This document shows positions 13,400 to 27,249 of a stretch of DNA of 64,000 nucleotides, in pieces. A program made the position numbers and the translations under genes. The stretch spans positions 6,448,001 through 6,512,000 of the forward strand of contig JANJGN010000034.1 of NCBI GenBank assembly GCA_026770705.1, in the 5' to 3' direction. How positions within the stretch are numbered: the first letter of the stretch is position 1; every line of letters begins with the position of its first letter. The notes below the pieces were generated by a model, which saw only the letters and a program-made list of their open reading frames with translations, ran no database searches and was not told the origin of the DNA. Origin of the DNA: Isurus oxyrinchus (taxonomy: Eukaryota).

Positions 13400-14830
13400 A
13401 ACCCATCACAACGACATATACAGTTGCTGCTCAATAAACATTGTTATCTGCCGTAATTACTGAGGTGCGCAATGCAACTGGTAAATCAGATGGAATAATC
13501 TTATTTTCCCCAGAAATACGCACATTGCATGAAACGGTGACAATGATACATATTGGGTCAGCCTGTGTAGTAGTCACAGTTAACCTATTTTGAGACCTGC
13601 TCCATAACGTGATCAGGAGGTTTTCAACGACATTCCCGCGGAAGATGCTATAAATGAGGCAGACATAATGTTTCTTCAATGCTGGAACTTTTGAAGCAAA
13701 GCCATCAAGGATCAAAGTGAGGTTTAGGAAGGCAATTTCAGGGCTCTGCATCTGAAGGCTCTGCCACATAAGTAACCAATTAAAAACAGTGGGTTTTACC
13801 AAAAGGCTAAAATATTTGAAACAAAGAGACCTATAAGCACTGACAGGCTCGCCGAAATAATCTGGAGTGGAAAGCCACAAAAGTGGACTGGTTTTAAAAG
13901 AAAAAGATAGTTTGATTTACGACCTTCTGACGTTGCTTCGGAATGCCAGTGCAGCTCAACGAACACGTTCAATTCTTGAATGAAGCAGCCTTTATTAATC
14001 ACAGCTTTATTTAAATTATAAAGTGTGAAAATAAATCAAATGTAGAATGCAACAGTGTAAGGAATGAGGTGTACACCAACCGAAAAACCAAATACGTTTG
14101 GAAAGGGGAAATGCTACAGTGATGGAATTACGTGTCCTTATCATGGGGAGGTTGCAGATAAAAACCAGATACTATCAACAAACTAGTCAAATTTTAGACA
14201 TTTTCCACGATGAGCTTCGAATTTGATGACTGGGGAATTATGTTAGTTTTAGAGACCAAATAAAATGGTCCATGTCTTAATTAAAATTAATAGGAGAATT
14301 TTTGTATTCGTAAAATGCTGGCCTTTCAAATGTTGTTTCCAAAGTTAGAGGCCTTGTGCTGTTTTGAGGGAGGTTTGCATGATATGGAGCTCTGAATTGT
14401 CAACGCAAATCTGGGGCAGGGGACCATGATCATTAAACATTATTCTGTAGGGCAGAGCGTTAATGAGTAACAGTAGTTTCATAAAGGTATTTGAGCAGAG
14501 GCAGAGGATGTCAGCGTGCAGGACTTTGAAGCCAATACTTTCTAAGTGACCTTTCATTTTAGTTTCAGCTAAAGACCAATTTAGCTCAATGACGAAGAAG
14601 ACGCATCACAAGGGAATGCTGCGCTCATGGGGGATAAAGAAAGAAATGTTTCTCTCTTTCACGGTGGGATTAAGGTGGTGTTCTTGGCTTTAACATTAAA
14701 GCTACAATACTGTGGATGGAGTGAAGTAATTAAAGAATAGGTTTCCAAGATGGGAATCGATTTAAAAGGCTTTAAGTGCTTTAAAGCAGCACACACCAAT
14801 TGGGTGTTTAGAGGGAGCTAAGTAGTCGAC
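13400..14830 (+). mobile_element. Highly decayed CR1-like ORF1 end / ORF2 endonuclease-linker remnant
   Basis: Weak residual similarity only: gagacctataagcactgacaggctc resembles the DLYKxDGLH motif at the end of ORF1, and gaccatgatcattaaacatt...ataaaggtatttgagc resembles the SDH...KVLNW linker. No intact frame. Confidence 0.35.
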
Positions 14831-17800
14831 TGTTCACTTTCCATTGGTGTTATTCACTTATTTGAGGATAACAGCACAGAAGATAAAGAGGGACCTATAA
14901 AAATCAGTGAACATAGGGGCCGAGGAAAGACGTTCCTTTGTTCACAATAATTGAAAGCTGAACCAGTCAACTTTTCCTCTGCATCGGAAAAGAGATGCTT
15001 TATTTAGAATGCGCTTTTGCAGAATAAATTAACGCACTCTGAGACTGTTTATAAGCGCAGTTTCAGCCTTTCTTCTTGTCTAGTTTTGTTCGCATCTTCC
15101 AAATATTTCTGGATGAAGAATTGAAGCTGCAGACCCAATATTTATTTGAGCTCAACAGGACATCAACTTTGAGCAATGAGATGTCCACGCACATCGAGCC
15201 CTAGGATGCCCTGCTTGAGACGTTCTTGATGTCGATTCATTCAATTTAAGTTTCCTTTATATGGAGGGAGTTTGGGATCCATTGGAATTGATGCAATTGG
15301 CTGCCGTTTCGTTATGACGTGACACAGAATTCAGCAGCGAAAATTCAGAAGTGAGTTGCAGATTGTTCCTGTTAATAAAGTGAAATTCGTAACTCTGACT
15401 ATAAGGAAGGTAGAAGCTAAATCAATGGATTTTTGATTCTTCTCTAAATGTTATCAGAGAAGCATTTGAGCTTGACATCTGCGAATATCCTGACAGGGGA
15501 CTAGTGTGAACTGCAAAACTCTGAAAAGGTTTGGTATATGCTGTGAGATACCAAAAACCTTTTCTAAGTCTTTTTTCTTGTTGAATTGCATTAAATCTTT
15601 TATCATTCCCTACGTTCATTTTAAACATTTATGCTTGCATTCCAAACTAAATCGTACCTCTAGAAACTTCGCCTGCCATTGAAACCTGCACGGGACATGA
15701 TTAATCCAACTATGCCCTATAAATTGCAATCTCAATTTTACTTGTTCCAAGATATTGAAGCCAAACATTGCAAATATCAAATTCTCAAACGGTCGCAATT
15801 CCTTCCGATGCTTCTCTAAATATTTAATTATCTTTCAGAATGTACAAGGCTAAAAGCCAGTGCTTGGTTAAAACATGTCAACAACTGCTCCGATGTCTCC
15901 TTCTGTGAGTTGAGCGCAAGTATCTATTGATGAAAGGCTGTGAGTGGCCTTGGGAAATCTTGCACTGTAAATAAACAATTTATTCTGTTGCTGTTCTTTT
16001 AGGATGTTTCTAAACGCAGAGATCCAAATTTTTGCAAGTCCCAGTTGCTGCATTGCAAATGTATAATGTAATCTGAATTACTAACGTGACTAAATGGCGA
16101 AAAAAATGTATGTCGCACACCTTTCCATAATTGCTCTATTTCATCGCTTCTGTGTTTTTTTCCATTGGTCCAGAATGAAATTATGCCTTTCCTTGGAGTT
16201 CTTTATTGATGCGATGGAACTGTTCAGAAGTTTCATTACGTCATATATGCCATTATGAAGACATTATTTTTTTTGGTTCCTATATTGGCTGTTCGTGCAG
16301 GAGCAGTAACGGCCAAAATAGGCAACGCCTTCCAAAGCATTACACAGCTCATTCACTGCAGTACCAGAAATACAATGCAACCAAATTAAACAACGTGCTT
16401 AAAGGGCAACGCGTTACTGAGTTCATAGCAACCACCATTCTGCTTCATTTTCTCCTGAATTTGTGACTCTTCTACTTCAAACAATAGCCTTCCGTGCAGC
16501 AATTATCGATGTTATTGTGCACCATATCACAAAAAGAACAGCAAGGTCTTGTCCCTCGTCAATGTTGATTTCCAATGTATGTTTGCAGATGTCTCGCTCT
16601 GTTAGTTCTTCATAAGAATCATAATTGGGCATAATATTAACTACTTTGTTTTTATATCTCACAGAACTAATGAAGTGTCAAGCAGGTAAGGGAGGAAAAT
16701 GTTCATGCATATCTACAGATAAAACAATGAGTGATGATGAGTAATAGCTATCAATATTGCTCAAGAGGTTCGTGGAAATTCTGCAACATTTCTATAGGAA
16801 ATTCTATTTTTGAACCAACAAGTCATTTATGAGAGTGAAAGAGCGAGAAAGAGAAAGAGAGAAAGAGAAGTAGAAAGAGGAAGAGAGAGAGATCCGACAA
16901 TTGGTGGATGACTACATATTGGGAAGTATAAGACCATTTCTTCGAAGATACGCCTTTTCTGGAACGATTGACATCACGCAGCCTGATATCTCATCAACCT
17001 ACTGGTGAAAGTATATAATGCTGTGACCTTGATATGATGTTTTCAGTCTAGCAAAAATTCAGGCAGAACAGTTGCACCCTTTTAACTATACAGAGGTTCA
17101 GATGAAGGTCCAAGGTAAGAGCAGAAGGCAGTGAACAATTAATCGAATAATTATGTAGAACTGGAGAGGTTGCCTGTTTCAGGGATAAGGGAGAATGACT
17201 CTGACCTTCCAAGTAATAAACACAAGAAATTTTCTACACGTAAATATTGCACGTCGGAAAATCTACCTCAAAATTTACAGGCTAGGGACGATAAGATGGG
17301 AGATTATCGGAGTAATGAGCTTTGCAGAGTTTAACAAAAAATATATCCAGACATTCAGAATGAAAATGATGGACCTGAACCACAATGGATAGATCTTTAA
17401 TGGTAGCATAGGCCAAAACTGCAGGAATTAGAAAAAGAAAGGAAATGGCTGTCGATTTTTACCTAAGGCTTTTTGGTTAACAGTTCGACCAGGTTACATT
17501 TGCCCAATTTATCGCAAACACGCTGAACGCACATATAAGGAGGATCAAGTCGCTCAGGTGAAGAAAAAGATGTGTTCATTTCTGCCCCATCAACTTAATA
17601 TGCCAGTTAGCAATTAACGTATTTTCTTGGAAACCAAGACCACCCAAAACCAAAAAGAAGATTTATCTTCATGGAGCATCAGTTATTAACGTTTGAATTG
17701 ACTGCTGTATGACAAAGACAGAATGGTTGAATGATAGAAGAGAGTACAAAATGTTTAGGGGACGGCACCAGAAAATAGAAGTTCTGAAATCAAAAAGAAC

Positions 17801-18319
17801 ACTCAGATAACTGGGAACCGCAAGGATCACATGCATTACACTTGAATAAATCGCCCCACAGCCAGCCAGAGAGAGTCTAATTGAAGGATAAGGGATGCAG
17901 GATGGAGGTATAAATGTCAGCACTGAAGAGGGCGTTCTGAAAAGTATTCCTTGAGATTTGATAGATCTGCAGAGTGCCTGAGGGGGTATAAGATCAGGCG
18001 ATGCTAATGTGACAACGTTTTGAAGGCAATGCTCAAAATGTCAATGCAGCACTGCAGGCCTACTTTCTGTTTTTTTTTTTAACGCATTGTTCCAGAGTCG
18101 GACATTCTACTCCTTAAGTATTTAGATGGTTGTGCATATCAACATCAGGTGAAGCCAAGAGAAAATTGCAACAAGTTTTCGAAGTTCTAGAACCTTAAAT
18201 ATATATTGACAGTAGATGCACTACAAATATACTGCGGTTATGTTTATAGAGCAAATTCTAAAAGCTCTTAATGTCTGCAACCAGTCGATGCATTTTGCCT
18301 GGTGTGTAGGTGACGAGAT

Positions 18320-19270
18320 CAGAATATAATGTATGAAATAGGATTTGTGGTAAGCTTGTTGGCCCATCAAACCTGACAATCACTCAATAAAATCATAGCT
18401 GATCTGCACCAGGCCTCAGCTATTCTTTCGTACGAACTCCTGATATCGCAGAACTGTGCTCAATCTAAACTATTCTTTTTATGACACTTTTAACTATAGT
18501 CACTGATATAGCCTACACTATTCTCTGGACTAAAGAATTCCAGACATCCACTGCCCTGATAGTTCAAATTCCTTTGCACCTCAGTTTTAAATTAGTGTCC
18601 CATTATCCTTTAACTGTGTTCGAAATTTCACCACTGGTGGGAACATTTCCATAATATATGCCCTGTCAGACCCCTTAGAATCGTCAATGTTTCAGCAAGA
18701 TTACCCCCATTCTTCTAAACTTTTAAGAGTAAAGGCCTAAACTGTTTAGCCACTATTCATATGTTAATCACTTCATCACGAGAATCAGCATTGTGATTCT
18801 CTTATGAAAAACTTCCAGTACCAACATATCCTTTCTTAAATACGGGGAACAAAACTGTTCACAGCACTCGAGAAGTGGCTTCACTAACAGGCTGTAATGC
18901 TGTACCAAGACATCACTAACTTGAAAGTCCAACCCCCTAGTAATAGAGATCGAAATTCCAACTGTCTTATTAATTACTTGCTATACCGACATGCTACTTT
19001 TTTTGTATTTCATGCACACACAACTGCTGCACTTTTCGGGAGACTTTCTCCATTTAAATAATAGTCTGCCTTTGACTATCATTTGCCAATGTGCATGATC
19101 CCACCACACCCTCTCTGCAACTCCATCTGCTAATCTTTGGACCACTCACTCAACCTATCCATATTCCCGTGCAGATTTCTTATGTCCTTATCCCAACGAA
19201 AACATTTGCATCGTCAGGAATTTTTTTACACGTCACACTTCACCTCCTCCTCCGCATTTAGCAATGTTAC
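18320..19270 (-). mobile_element. Decayed CR1 RT C-terminus and 3' end
   Basis: Antisense CR1 hallmarks: aatcatagctgatctgcacc, aagaattccagacatccactgccct, cttaaatacggggaacaaaactgttcacagcactc, ctccatctgctaatctttggaccactcactcaacctatc. Confidence 0.8.
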
Positions 19271-20804
19271 CCTTTCCTGTGCCAGTTTCCTTGTTAATTG
19301 TCAGCTGACCGTACTGATTAGAAGTAATGAAAAAAAAAGTTAAAAGTTCAAATATTTCCCTGCCAGCAAACAGCCTGTACATGCGCTAACCTCCAGATAT
19401 TATAGACAATTGCGGCGCCAGGCTTCATTGGAATTAGGAGGGTATTTAGTTCCCAGGCCTGTTGGGTTAACATACACTGGATGGAAGCATGAAAAATAGA
19501 AATATGATACCAGCATTTCGATAGAAAATGTTTAAATTCAGATGAATGTGCAACTTACTGACAGCGACATGCAACTGGTTTATAACCCAAGATTAAAAAA
19601 ATTTTGACATGGAACATGATAGCTGGAAGTGGTTCAATGAATGCAGGAAGTTACACGTTTGTCTGGCAGCAGCAGAGTTCAGGGTTATCATGAGAGCAAC
19701 GGGAAAGCATCTAGGCAAGCGACCCGCTACTCTCGTTCATGGAGCCCTCGACATCTTCTTTATTAGGTGTTATTTCCATGCACATTTGAGTGCAAGTAGG
19801 GCCATTTATTTTATTTATTCTCTCCCCACTACACATGCCAATTACCAGATCCTTGAGGAGCTGACATCAGATACCACTCATATCTGAAGGATACATTAGC
19901 GATAATACCTTTACCTGCCGGCCAAGTTTAATTTAACAGTGTACTGCGGCCATGATGTATAGCTTTATTACGTCGATTGTCATCAGCTGCAGAAGTTAAT
20001 CAAGACAATACAGAAACAGCTTGAGCTTTTTTAACATCATGAGTCAGTAGCTTATTTCGGAATAAAAATCAAACAAAATTCCAAGGGGAAGATGCATTTC
20101 TGATCACAGCGTTGGCAGCAGGTGGGATCGATCAACAGAACTAGAAGTGTTCCTCTGAACAGCAATCTCCATACCGGCCAGGTAGCACAGCACTGCCCAT
20201 TTTGCAGGTCGTTTTTGGTGAGTGCTTGGTTGAAGAATTTTTTTTTTTCATTCAACGCAAAAACTTTGCTTTCGTATTTTTTTTTAAATGCGCAATGGTC
20301 CTTTCATTAAGCGAACAAAATCTCTGATATTTCCACAGAGAATGCTGAATCGAAGTGAAATATGTCTGATGGCACCATTTAAAATATGGCAAACCTAGGC
20401 ATGTGAAGGGAAAGAAATAAAAAAATAAATAATGTTAAAGGGTCAAGGATAACGCTACCGTGATAGGAACTCCTATGGATTTTCTGCTTTCTGCTCTGAT
20501 TAATTGCACAAGTGATCCAGATGAGAAATGCCTTAATGCCCGAACGCTGTTCAAAGTCCAATAAACCACTAAGTAGAACAGCCATAACCACGGAGAACAA
20601 TTCTGCTAGTTCATATAGTTGCCCTTTGACAAACAAAATTCTAGGGAGCCGTATGAAGCGATCAGAATGACATGTACAAAGTGCAAAGTAAAAGGTTCAA
20701 TTGAAAACAAACTGAGGGGAGATAATCTTCAGTTGCAATCGACAGTTGGCAGATATGACTGTGACAACGTTTTCAAAAGTGATTAATTCTTACACATATT
20801 GAGT

Positions 20805-21000
20805 GCACCACTGGCTAGGTTACATTTATTGCCCAGACTTAATTGCACTTGAGCATGTATTGCTGAGCCACCTTCTTGACCAATTCAGTGCATTTCTCGT
20901 AGGTGCACCTGTAGTTTTGTTCGGGAGGGAATAGAAAATTTTGACATAACAATGATGAGGGAACCTCGAAATAATTTCCAATCAACATGCTCTGTTGGTT
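20805..21000 (-). mobile_element. 3' end remnant of the second LINE family
   Basis: cactggctaggttacatttattgcccagacttaattgcacttgagcatg...gagccaccttcttga; antisense of the tail at 4750-4818. Confidence 0.6.
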
Positions 21001-21799
21001 GGCAAGAAGCAATCGCATCTGGAACGGCTACTCGAATCAGAATATCACATTGCATTCTGCTGCGACATGCCTATCACAGAGCGTAATTTACAGAAAACAG
21101 CTTAGAGCTTTCTAAGACGTGTTACCAGCACACTATATTACTAAGTTGATTTTATTGTGCACTCCCATCTTCCAGGGATTCAATACAAGGATTTGAGGAC
21201 ACCTTAGTTAACGTTAGTTGAGCTCACCCGGAACTCACCAAACTGAATTTTCTGCTACCAAACAACTAATTTCAGCAGAATGAAGTGCAATACCTTAACG
21301 ATGTTGTAACGTAAACTGTTCCCATTGGTCACAATTTTCTAAGTAGATTACATTGATTTAAAATTTTGACAGAAGCCCAGAAGACTGATTATGAATCCCC
21401 TCTTTAATGCGGTAAATTGTTACTATGCAGCAACACGACATTGGTAGTAGCAGAATATGCATAATAGGTTTTGGCTTATGTTGCAATAAATATATGAATC
21501 GGACTGTTGCAGAATATATTTATGTAAGTGGAACGTCGGGGTAATTGCATAATTATTACAAAGCAACAGATAATTGATGAGCTGAACCAATGTTTCATCT
21601 GTTGGCTGAGATATATTGACTCTATAAAGTACACTTTGCAATTAAAAATATTCTCCTTGAATTGAAATGTCCCTTCACTTTAAGCAAATTTGTGCAAATG
21701 TTCCATACCATACCAAATTGTGCAGTTTATCAACTTTTGGCCTGTTGCGTGCAACGTCATGCTGAGCTGCTCTAATTTTGACTGCCATATTAAGTTGCA

Positions 21800-22012
21800 C
21801 AGGCTAGAATTTCTGGAATTCATCCCTCAAAACAGATTCTGATTTTAACTTATTTAAGCAGCTAATACCGATTGCTTTAATCAAATTTACCGTCATCTGC
21901 CCCAATATCCTATCAGATAGCTTCACATCACCTTATGCACAATAACTCTCGTGAGAAGCGCCTTGCAAAGTTTCTGAAAGTAGAGATGCCATCGAAAACG
22001 CCTTGTTGGTAT
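21800..22012 (+). mobile_element. L2-type 3' end remnant
   Basis: ...ccgtcatctgccccaatatcc...aataactctcgtgagaagcgccttgcaaagtttc...cttgttggt resembles the recalled shark L2 3' tail. Confidence 0.5.
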
Positions 22013-22794
22013 TTCTGAAGCCGTTTGGATTTTTGAAACCTTCAGCCTTACATCATTACGCATGCCCTTCCAGACTGTTGCAAAGTGACATCTACATTTA
22101 TTGTGCTAGTATTGAGGGCCGCAAATAATTAATTTCCATATTTGATACGCTATTGGAGGTTTTCTTTCTTAATTTGAACATTTTATAGATTTCGAAATCG
22201 ATAGATGAAGTGTGAGCTGTCACTGCATACAGAGGGAATCGACGTGCCTAGTCGATTTGGTTAATGCCATGTTAATGAAGGACCTGAAGGCAGAGCCATG
22301 GTGCGAACTGTTTCATAAGACTCACCTATAAAGTCTAATTTGCAAATATATATATATTTAAACAACACTAAACTAATAGGAAACTCATGCAACATATAGC
22401 ATCAACTGCTGTTAAAAGAATGAAAACTGCATCTTGGGTGTGTTACATGGTTTGTGACTTGGGTTGAATGTGGGGTGGGGAAGCAGGGGAGGGTGGCTGG
22501 AGAATGTGTGGGGTGCTGGTCCGATGCGGTGATTTGGTGGTGCTTGTGGTGGACATGGCTTCCCCAAGTAGAGACCGCATTAGAATTTCACATAAACGGC
22601 AAGGCAGAATGAGATTTGGGAAAAAATAACATTGACCAGGAAAAGCGGAATCCAAAAATGTTGGCAAACAGATTCAGAGGCAGAGAGGCACAAAACAAAT
22701 GAATACAATATAGCTGTCGCTGGACGAAATAAGGGGAGGCACATTAGTCTGCGTGGATGAAGAAAATGTTATTAATATATTCAACTTTGCGAGG

Positions 22795-22935
22795 ATATGT
22801 GTGTGCATGTATGGTTGTGTGTGATAAGGAGGGAGGAACAGACAGAGGGAGACAGAGATGGAAATGAAGGGAGAGAGAGAGAGAGAGAGAGGTGGTTATA
22901 AAGAGAAAGAGAGAGAGAGAGAGAGTGTGAGAAAG
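22795..22935. repeat. Compound (TG)n-(GA)n microsatellite
   Basis: tatgtgtgtgcatgtatggttgtgtgtg...gagagagagagagagagagagg...gagagagagagagagtgtgag. Confidence 0.9.
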
Positions 22936-23829
22936 ACAAGGTTATGCATATGCCCATCCTGAAAAGGGTAAAATACAGACATGTTGCAAATAACTTGCAA
23001 CCTCGGCATAGAGGTTGCAGTCTGCTGCAGGGACAATGATAGCCAGGGAGCTAACTGGTCAGAAACAGGTGCACATATCTGGAGAGACAGAGGGAAACTC
23101 ATAAGCCGATGGGTAGAAATGGAATAAGAAATGTTGAGAGATATTGAAGAACGGGGCCCGGGGCTGGGTGTGTGGTGGAAGCAATATTTATGTAGTGCAT
23201 GAAGAACATCAGACAAAGGTAGGTTGCAAAGGCACGCTTGAAAATATTCATCGATGAATTGCAGCTTCTGCAAAAACTATCCATTGTTAAGTTTAAGGAA
23301 CAGATAAACGGAGAGGAAGTTTGAGCGTATGCCGAAACGATTAAGAGTGCTTCAGAGCTTCGATGACAGGTGGTCTTTGCTGAGGGCTCTCATGGGTGTG
23401 AGCAACCGTTTGCCATTTTACAGTAGCCAGAATGTAAGTTAACAGCCATAGCCATTTTAACAGCACTCAAAATAAGTGAAACTGTACGAATCGATTTGGC
23501 GCTTTTTTTTGAAAACACTTATAAGAGGAGAGGACATGTACTTTCCCCAGTCAAGAGAGAATGTTATGGGCAATTCTGGAAAATAACATTTGCTTTTACT
23601 TTTCTTCTATCGAACTCTGAAAAATGTTTAAGCCCCTCCTTTTTAATGTAGAGAACAATTTCACCGAATTTGGGACCTTATAACAAGTGGTTGATTGCTG
23701 ATCCAGCAATATGATTCATGTTTCTCAATGAAACAGGAGAAGGTAAGAAATCGGTTTGTCAGTGAATTCATTCAGTTGAATAGAAGACTAGGGTGTGAAT
23801 CAGAATAAAACCAACATGGCTGATTAGAT

Positions 23830-23975
23830 AAAATAAGAGGCAAAATACTGCGAACGCTTTAATTCTGAAAAAAAAAACAAAATAGTTCCGCCAAACATAA
23901 GCACTTCTGACAGCACCAGCAGAGAGAAAAACAATGTTAACTTTTCGGGTCTGCTTGGCTGTTCCTTGGACGCTA
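23830..23975 (-). mobile_element. Penelope-like terminal repeat fragment (paralog of 38555-38695)
   Basis: gcaaaatactgcgaacgc...tctgacagcaccagcagagagaaaaacaatgttaacttttcgggtc. Confidence 0.65.
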
Positions 23976-24955
23976 ATGCTGGCGCCTAAACTTATTAATC
24001 AGTTAGATCAATGACCTGGAAGACAGCAGCGAAGCCATGGGAACTAAATTTGCAGAGGACAAAAATATAAGGAGGAAAGTATGGTATGGGGAAGATATGA
24101 CGATTTTGCTGGAGCACATTGACAGGTGGTGTTGAGTGGACAGAAATCTGTCATTTGGAGAATAATGCGGGATACTATGAAGATGCGCACTTTCGGCCTA
24201 AGAATAATAAAACAATGAATTTATTAAAACGAGAAAGACTGCAGGACTCAGAAGTGCATAGGGAACGAGTTGTTCTCATGCTAGAGTCACAAAAAAATTA
24301 CCATGCAGGTGCACCATGAATTTAAGAAGGCAAATGAATTGTTGTCCTTCATCATGAGAGGGTTTAAATATAAATGTAAGTATGTATTGCTTTAGTTCTG
24401 CAGGCCATTGGTAAGCGCACACATAAAATATTCTGCACAATAAATAAGGTCTCCTAATTTAATAAATGATGTTAATACATTGTAGGTTGTTCAGAGGATT
24501 TCATTGGACTGATATATGGAAGAACCGATTACTTTATGAGGACTGTTTGGATAGTGTGGATTTGTTTCCACTCGAGTTCTGAAGAGAGTGTGGTGACTCG
24601 ATTGAAGGACATCGAGTCCTGAAACGTCATGACAAATGGCGTGGAATAGATCAGACTAGAACTAGGGGGTGGGAACATTTTTACAAAATATGTTTCGATC
24701 TTTTTCGAAGGGAGAGGAGGATGATTCTTATTCTGTGCGACTTTGGAACTGTCTGCATTAGAAGACGGTGGAAGCGAGGTCATTGAATATTTCCAAGGCT
24801 GACGTAGATAGATTCCTGTTAGAAAAGGGAATATGGGGTTCCGGGGTTAAATGTGAATGGGGAATTCGAAACACAAATTCAGCAGTCAGAAGCTTATTGA
24901 ATGGCGTTGGATCTTTGAGGGCCTGAACGGCCTACCTATGCTGATATTTCCGTAC
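23975..24955 (+). mobile_element. Decayed CR1 RT C-terminus and 3' end
   Basis: gggaactaaatttgcagaggacaaaaatataagg encodes KFAEDKNI (degenerate KFADDTKI). Ends gagggcctgaacggcctacctatgctgatatttcc, a CR1 3' terminus. Confidence 0.8.
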
Positions 24956-26026
24956 GAGTGGCAATCTGATTTGGTTTATCCCTCCTCAGCTAGTTGTTCT
25001 TTTTTGACATTGAAAACGCTTTCCATCCACACTCGCCCGACCTTTGGATTCAGGTGAGGTGTGAATTGTGAAATGCAGCATGCTCACAAAGTCTCCTATC
25101 GGGGATGTAATTATTTGCCAATATCCATTTTTCCCAAGTGGGCTTCGGTGGTTAGGCCAGCATTCACTGCTCATCCATAACTTCCCTTCAAAAGCTGTCA
25201 GAGGTTGACACACTGAACCCATGCAAACTTTTTGTATGGCAAAAAAGCTGCCTTAAATCAGATGAGTTAAAGGCCAAGACATTTTGAAGCAATTTTGTAA
25301 GCTTGTGACGGAATTGTAAAGAATTTGTTGGAGGGGTTTTGGGCGTTAATCGTTCCGGTACTGGTATGGAGGTCCACAAAGTGTTCGATCAGGTTTAGAG
25401 GGATCACACTGTTTGGGAAGGGGATAGCTGGCTTGGTCCCCCAGGTGTGGGTGTGTGTGCAGTCATAGGCGGATGTTGTGCCCTCTGGTCTGGGTGCGCA
25501 AACTGAGTTTTGAAGCGTTGTTGTGGCCTGCAGCCAAGAGAAGTACATTTGTGAGTATCAGAGGTAGTCCGAATCTGCTGGGCACATTGGATATGCATAG
25601 AAGCGTTGTGTGGATGCCTCCCATGGATGAACAGGGGATGCAGACGGGTCTATGGGTGGTAAAGGATTCTAGAGAGGTTCGGGGTAGTTTTGTTCAATAT
25701 ATATGAGAAGGCAGAAGCGTAGAGAATTATTTTATCTTTTTTGGCTTATTATTGCTTTCAAACCGTCAGAATCAGGATTACCTCGATATTTCTATCGTAT
25801 TCTCAGACAGTTCCCACCACAGTGCAACTGAAATTCCACAAATGATTGTCCGAGCAATTGCCATTAAGTAATTTCCTGGGACCATCAGAAAGGCACTGGA
25901 TGGATGGCATGTTGCGGGGTATGGCGAGAAGGTTTGATGGCAGTGTCCAATCGGGGTAGAACCCAGAGACACTGCCCTGGAGCAAGGAAGTTACCGTCCT
26001 CTCATTTTCTTGTTGCTGTTGTTGGA

Positions 26027-26660
26027 TCATAGAGTCATGGACGTTTACAACACACAAGGAAGGCTTGCGGCCCATCATTCCTGCCCGCGGTAAAAAAAGG
26101 TCTGAGGTCAGTAATCTCATTTTCCAGCCTTCGCCTAAAGGTTTGAATCTTTGGCAAAGCAAATCAATATCAGAATACTTATTCAACGTAAAGAAGTTTT
26201 CTAACGCAGCCACACTTTCAGGAAATCAGCTATAGACTGCCAACATCCACTGGGTGGAAAAGATACTGCTGACCTCCCTTCTTAGTTTTCTTCCTTTAAC
26301 TTTAAATCTATGACCCCTGGTTATTGATCATTTTACTAATGGAAAATGTGAATTTATCCATACCCCAACTATGACCCTTATAACTCAAGAGACATCTATC
26401 AGATCACCTCATAACCTACGCTGTTCCAAAGCAAGCAACTCCAGCCTATCCAATCTTTCTAGATAGCTCAGTCCCTCCTTTGCCGAATGCTTCCTGGCAA
26501 ACCTCGTCTGCACCTTCTCCAGTGCAATTCCATTGTTCCTAAAATTTGTCAGCCAGAATCTTATGCAATACATCAGTTGTAAACTAATGAGAGATTTAGA
26601 CAGTTCCACAATACCTGCCCTGCTCTGGGATTCAAATCCTCAGCTAATAGAGGCAAGTCT
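26027..26660 (-). mobile_element. CR1 3' fragment
   Basis: Minus ORF 26409-26609 IALEKVQTRFARKHSAKEGLSYLERLDRLELLALEQRRL matches the CR1 ORF2 C-terminal motif (LE.VQRRFTR..PG...LSYEERL..LGL..LE.RRL). Confidence 0.85.
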
Positions 26661-27249
26661 GCAACGATCGGGTAACATTCATCAAACAGCATTTAAACGT
26701 AACCTTCTGAGGTTTACGATTTATCGATATTTACATTGTCATCGCATGAATAACAGAAATAATAAAAAGTTTAAAAAACTTATTAGCTGACATACTACTG
26801 CTATTCACTCGGTTTAGAAATCATAAGAATGGCGTATTTTCCTCTAAAAACGACACTCATGAGACCCTGCTGACACTGCACAATGCCTGTTGTACCTAGT
26901 GAATTTGTGTGACTTACGCCTTCTCCTTCCTAGAAATATTTAGTCACTAAGGAACGGATGTTCGCTCTTGGCATTACCTGTTCACTAACTGTGGTTAATG
27001 TATTTCGAGGTGTCACGTCAAAATTGCGTAGATGAATGGAACACATGTTTGTTTACGAATATGTTTTATTACAAAGAGCTACAAAGAGTTACCTTGCAAA
27101 ATCTGTCAAATTTACTCTCGAATATTTTTTCCACCCCTTGGTCATTATGTTGCAAATCCGAATGGGAGGTTTTCAGATTGATCGATTAATTCCTAGGTCT
27201 TTGTCTTATGAAACGACGTGTTAAATTTCCCATGAAGGAGCTGAATGCA

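Noticed and set aside
25818-25846. cacagtg heptamer followed by acaaatgat, a possible V(D)J recombination signal (Ig/TCR cluster hypothesis for the roughly 15-kb repeat)
   Set aside because: The nonamer is poor, the heptamer is not conserved in the paralog (about 41868), and I saw no V, J or C exon motifs anywhere in the unit.
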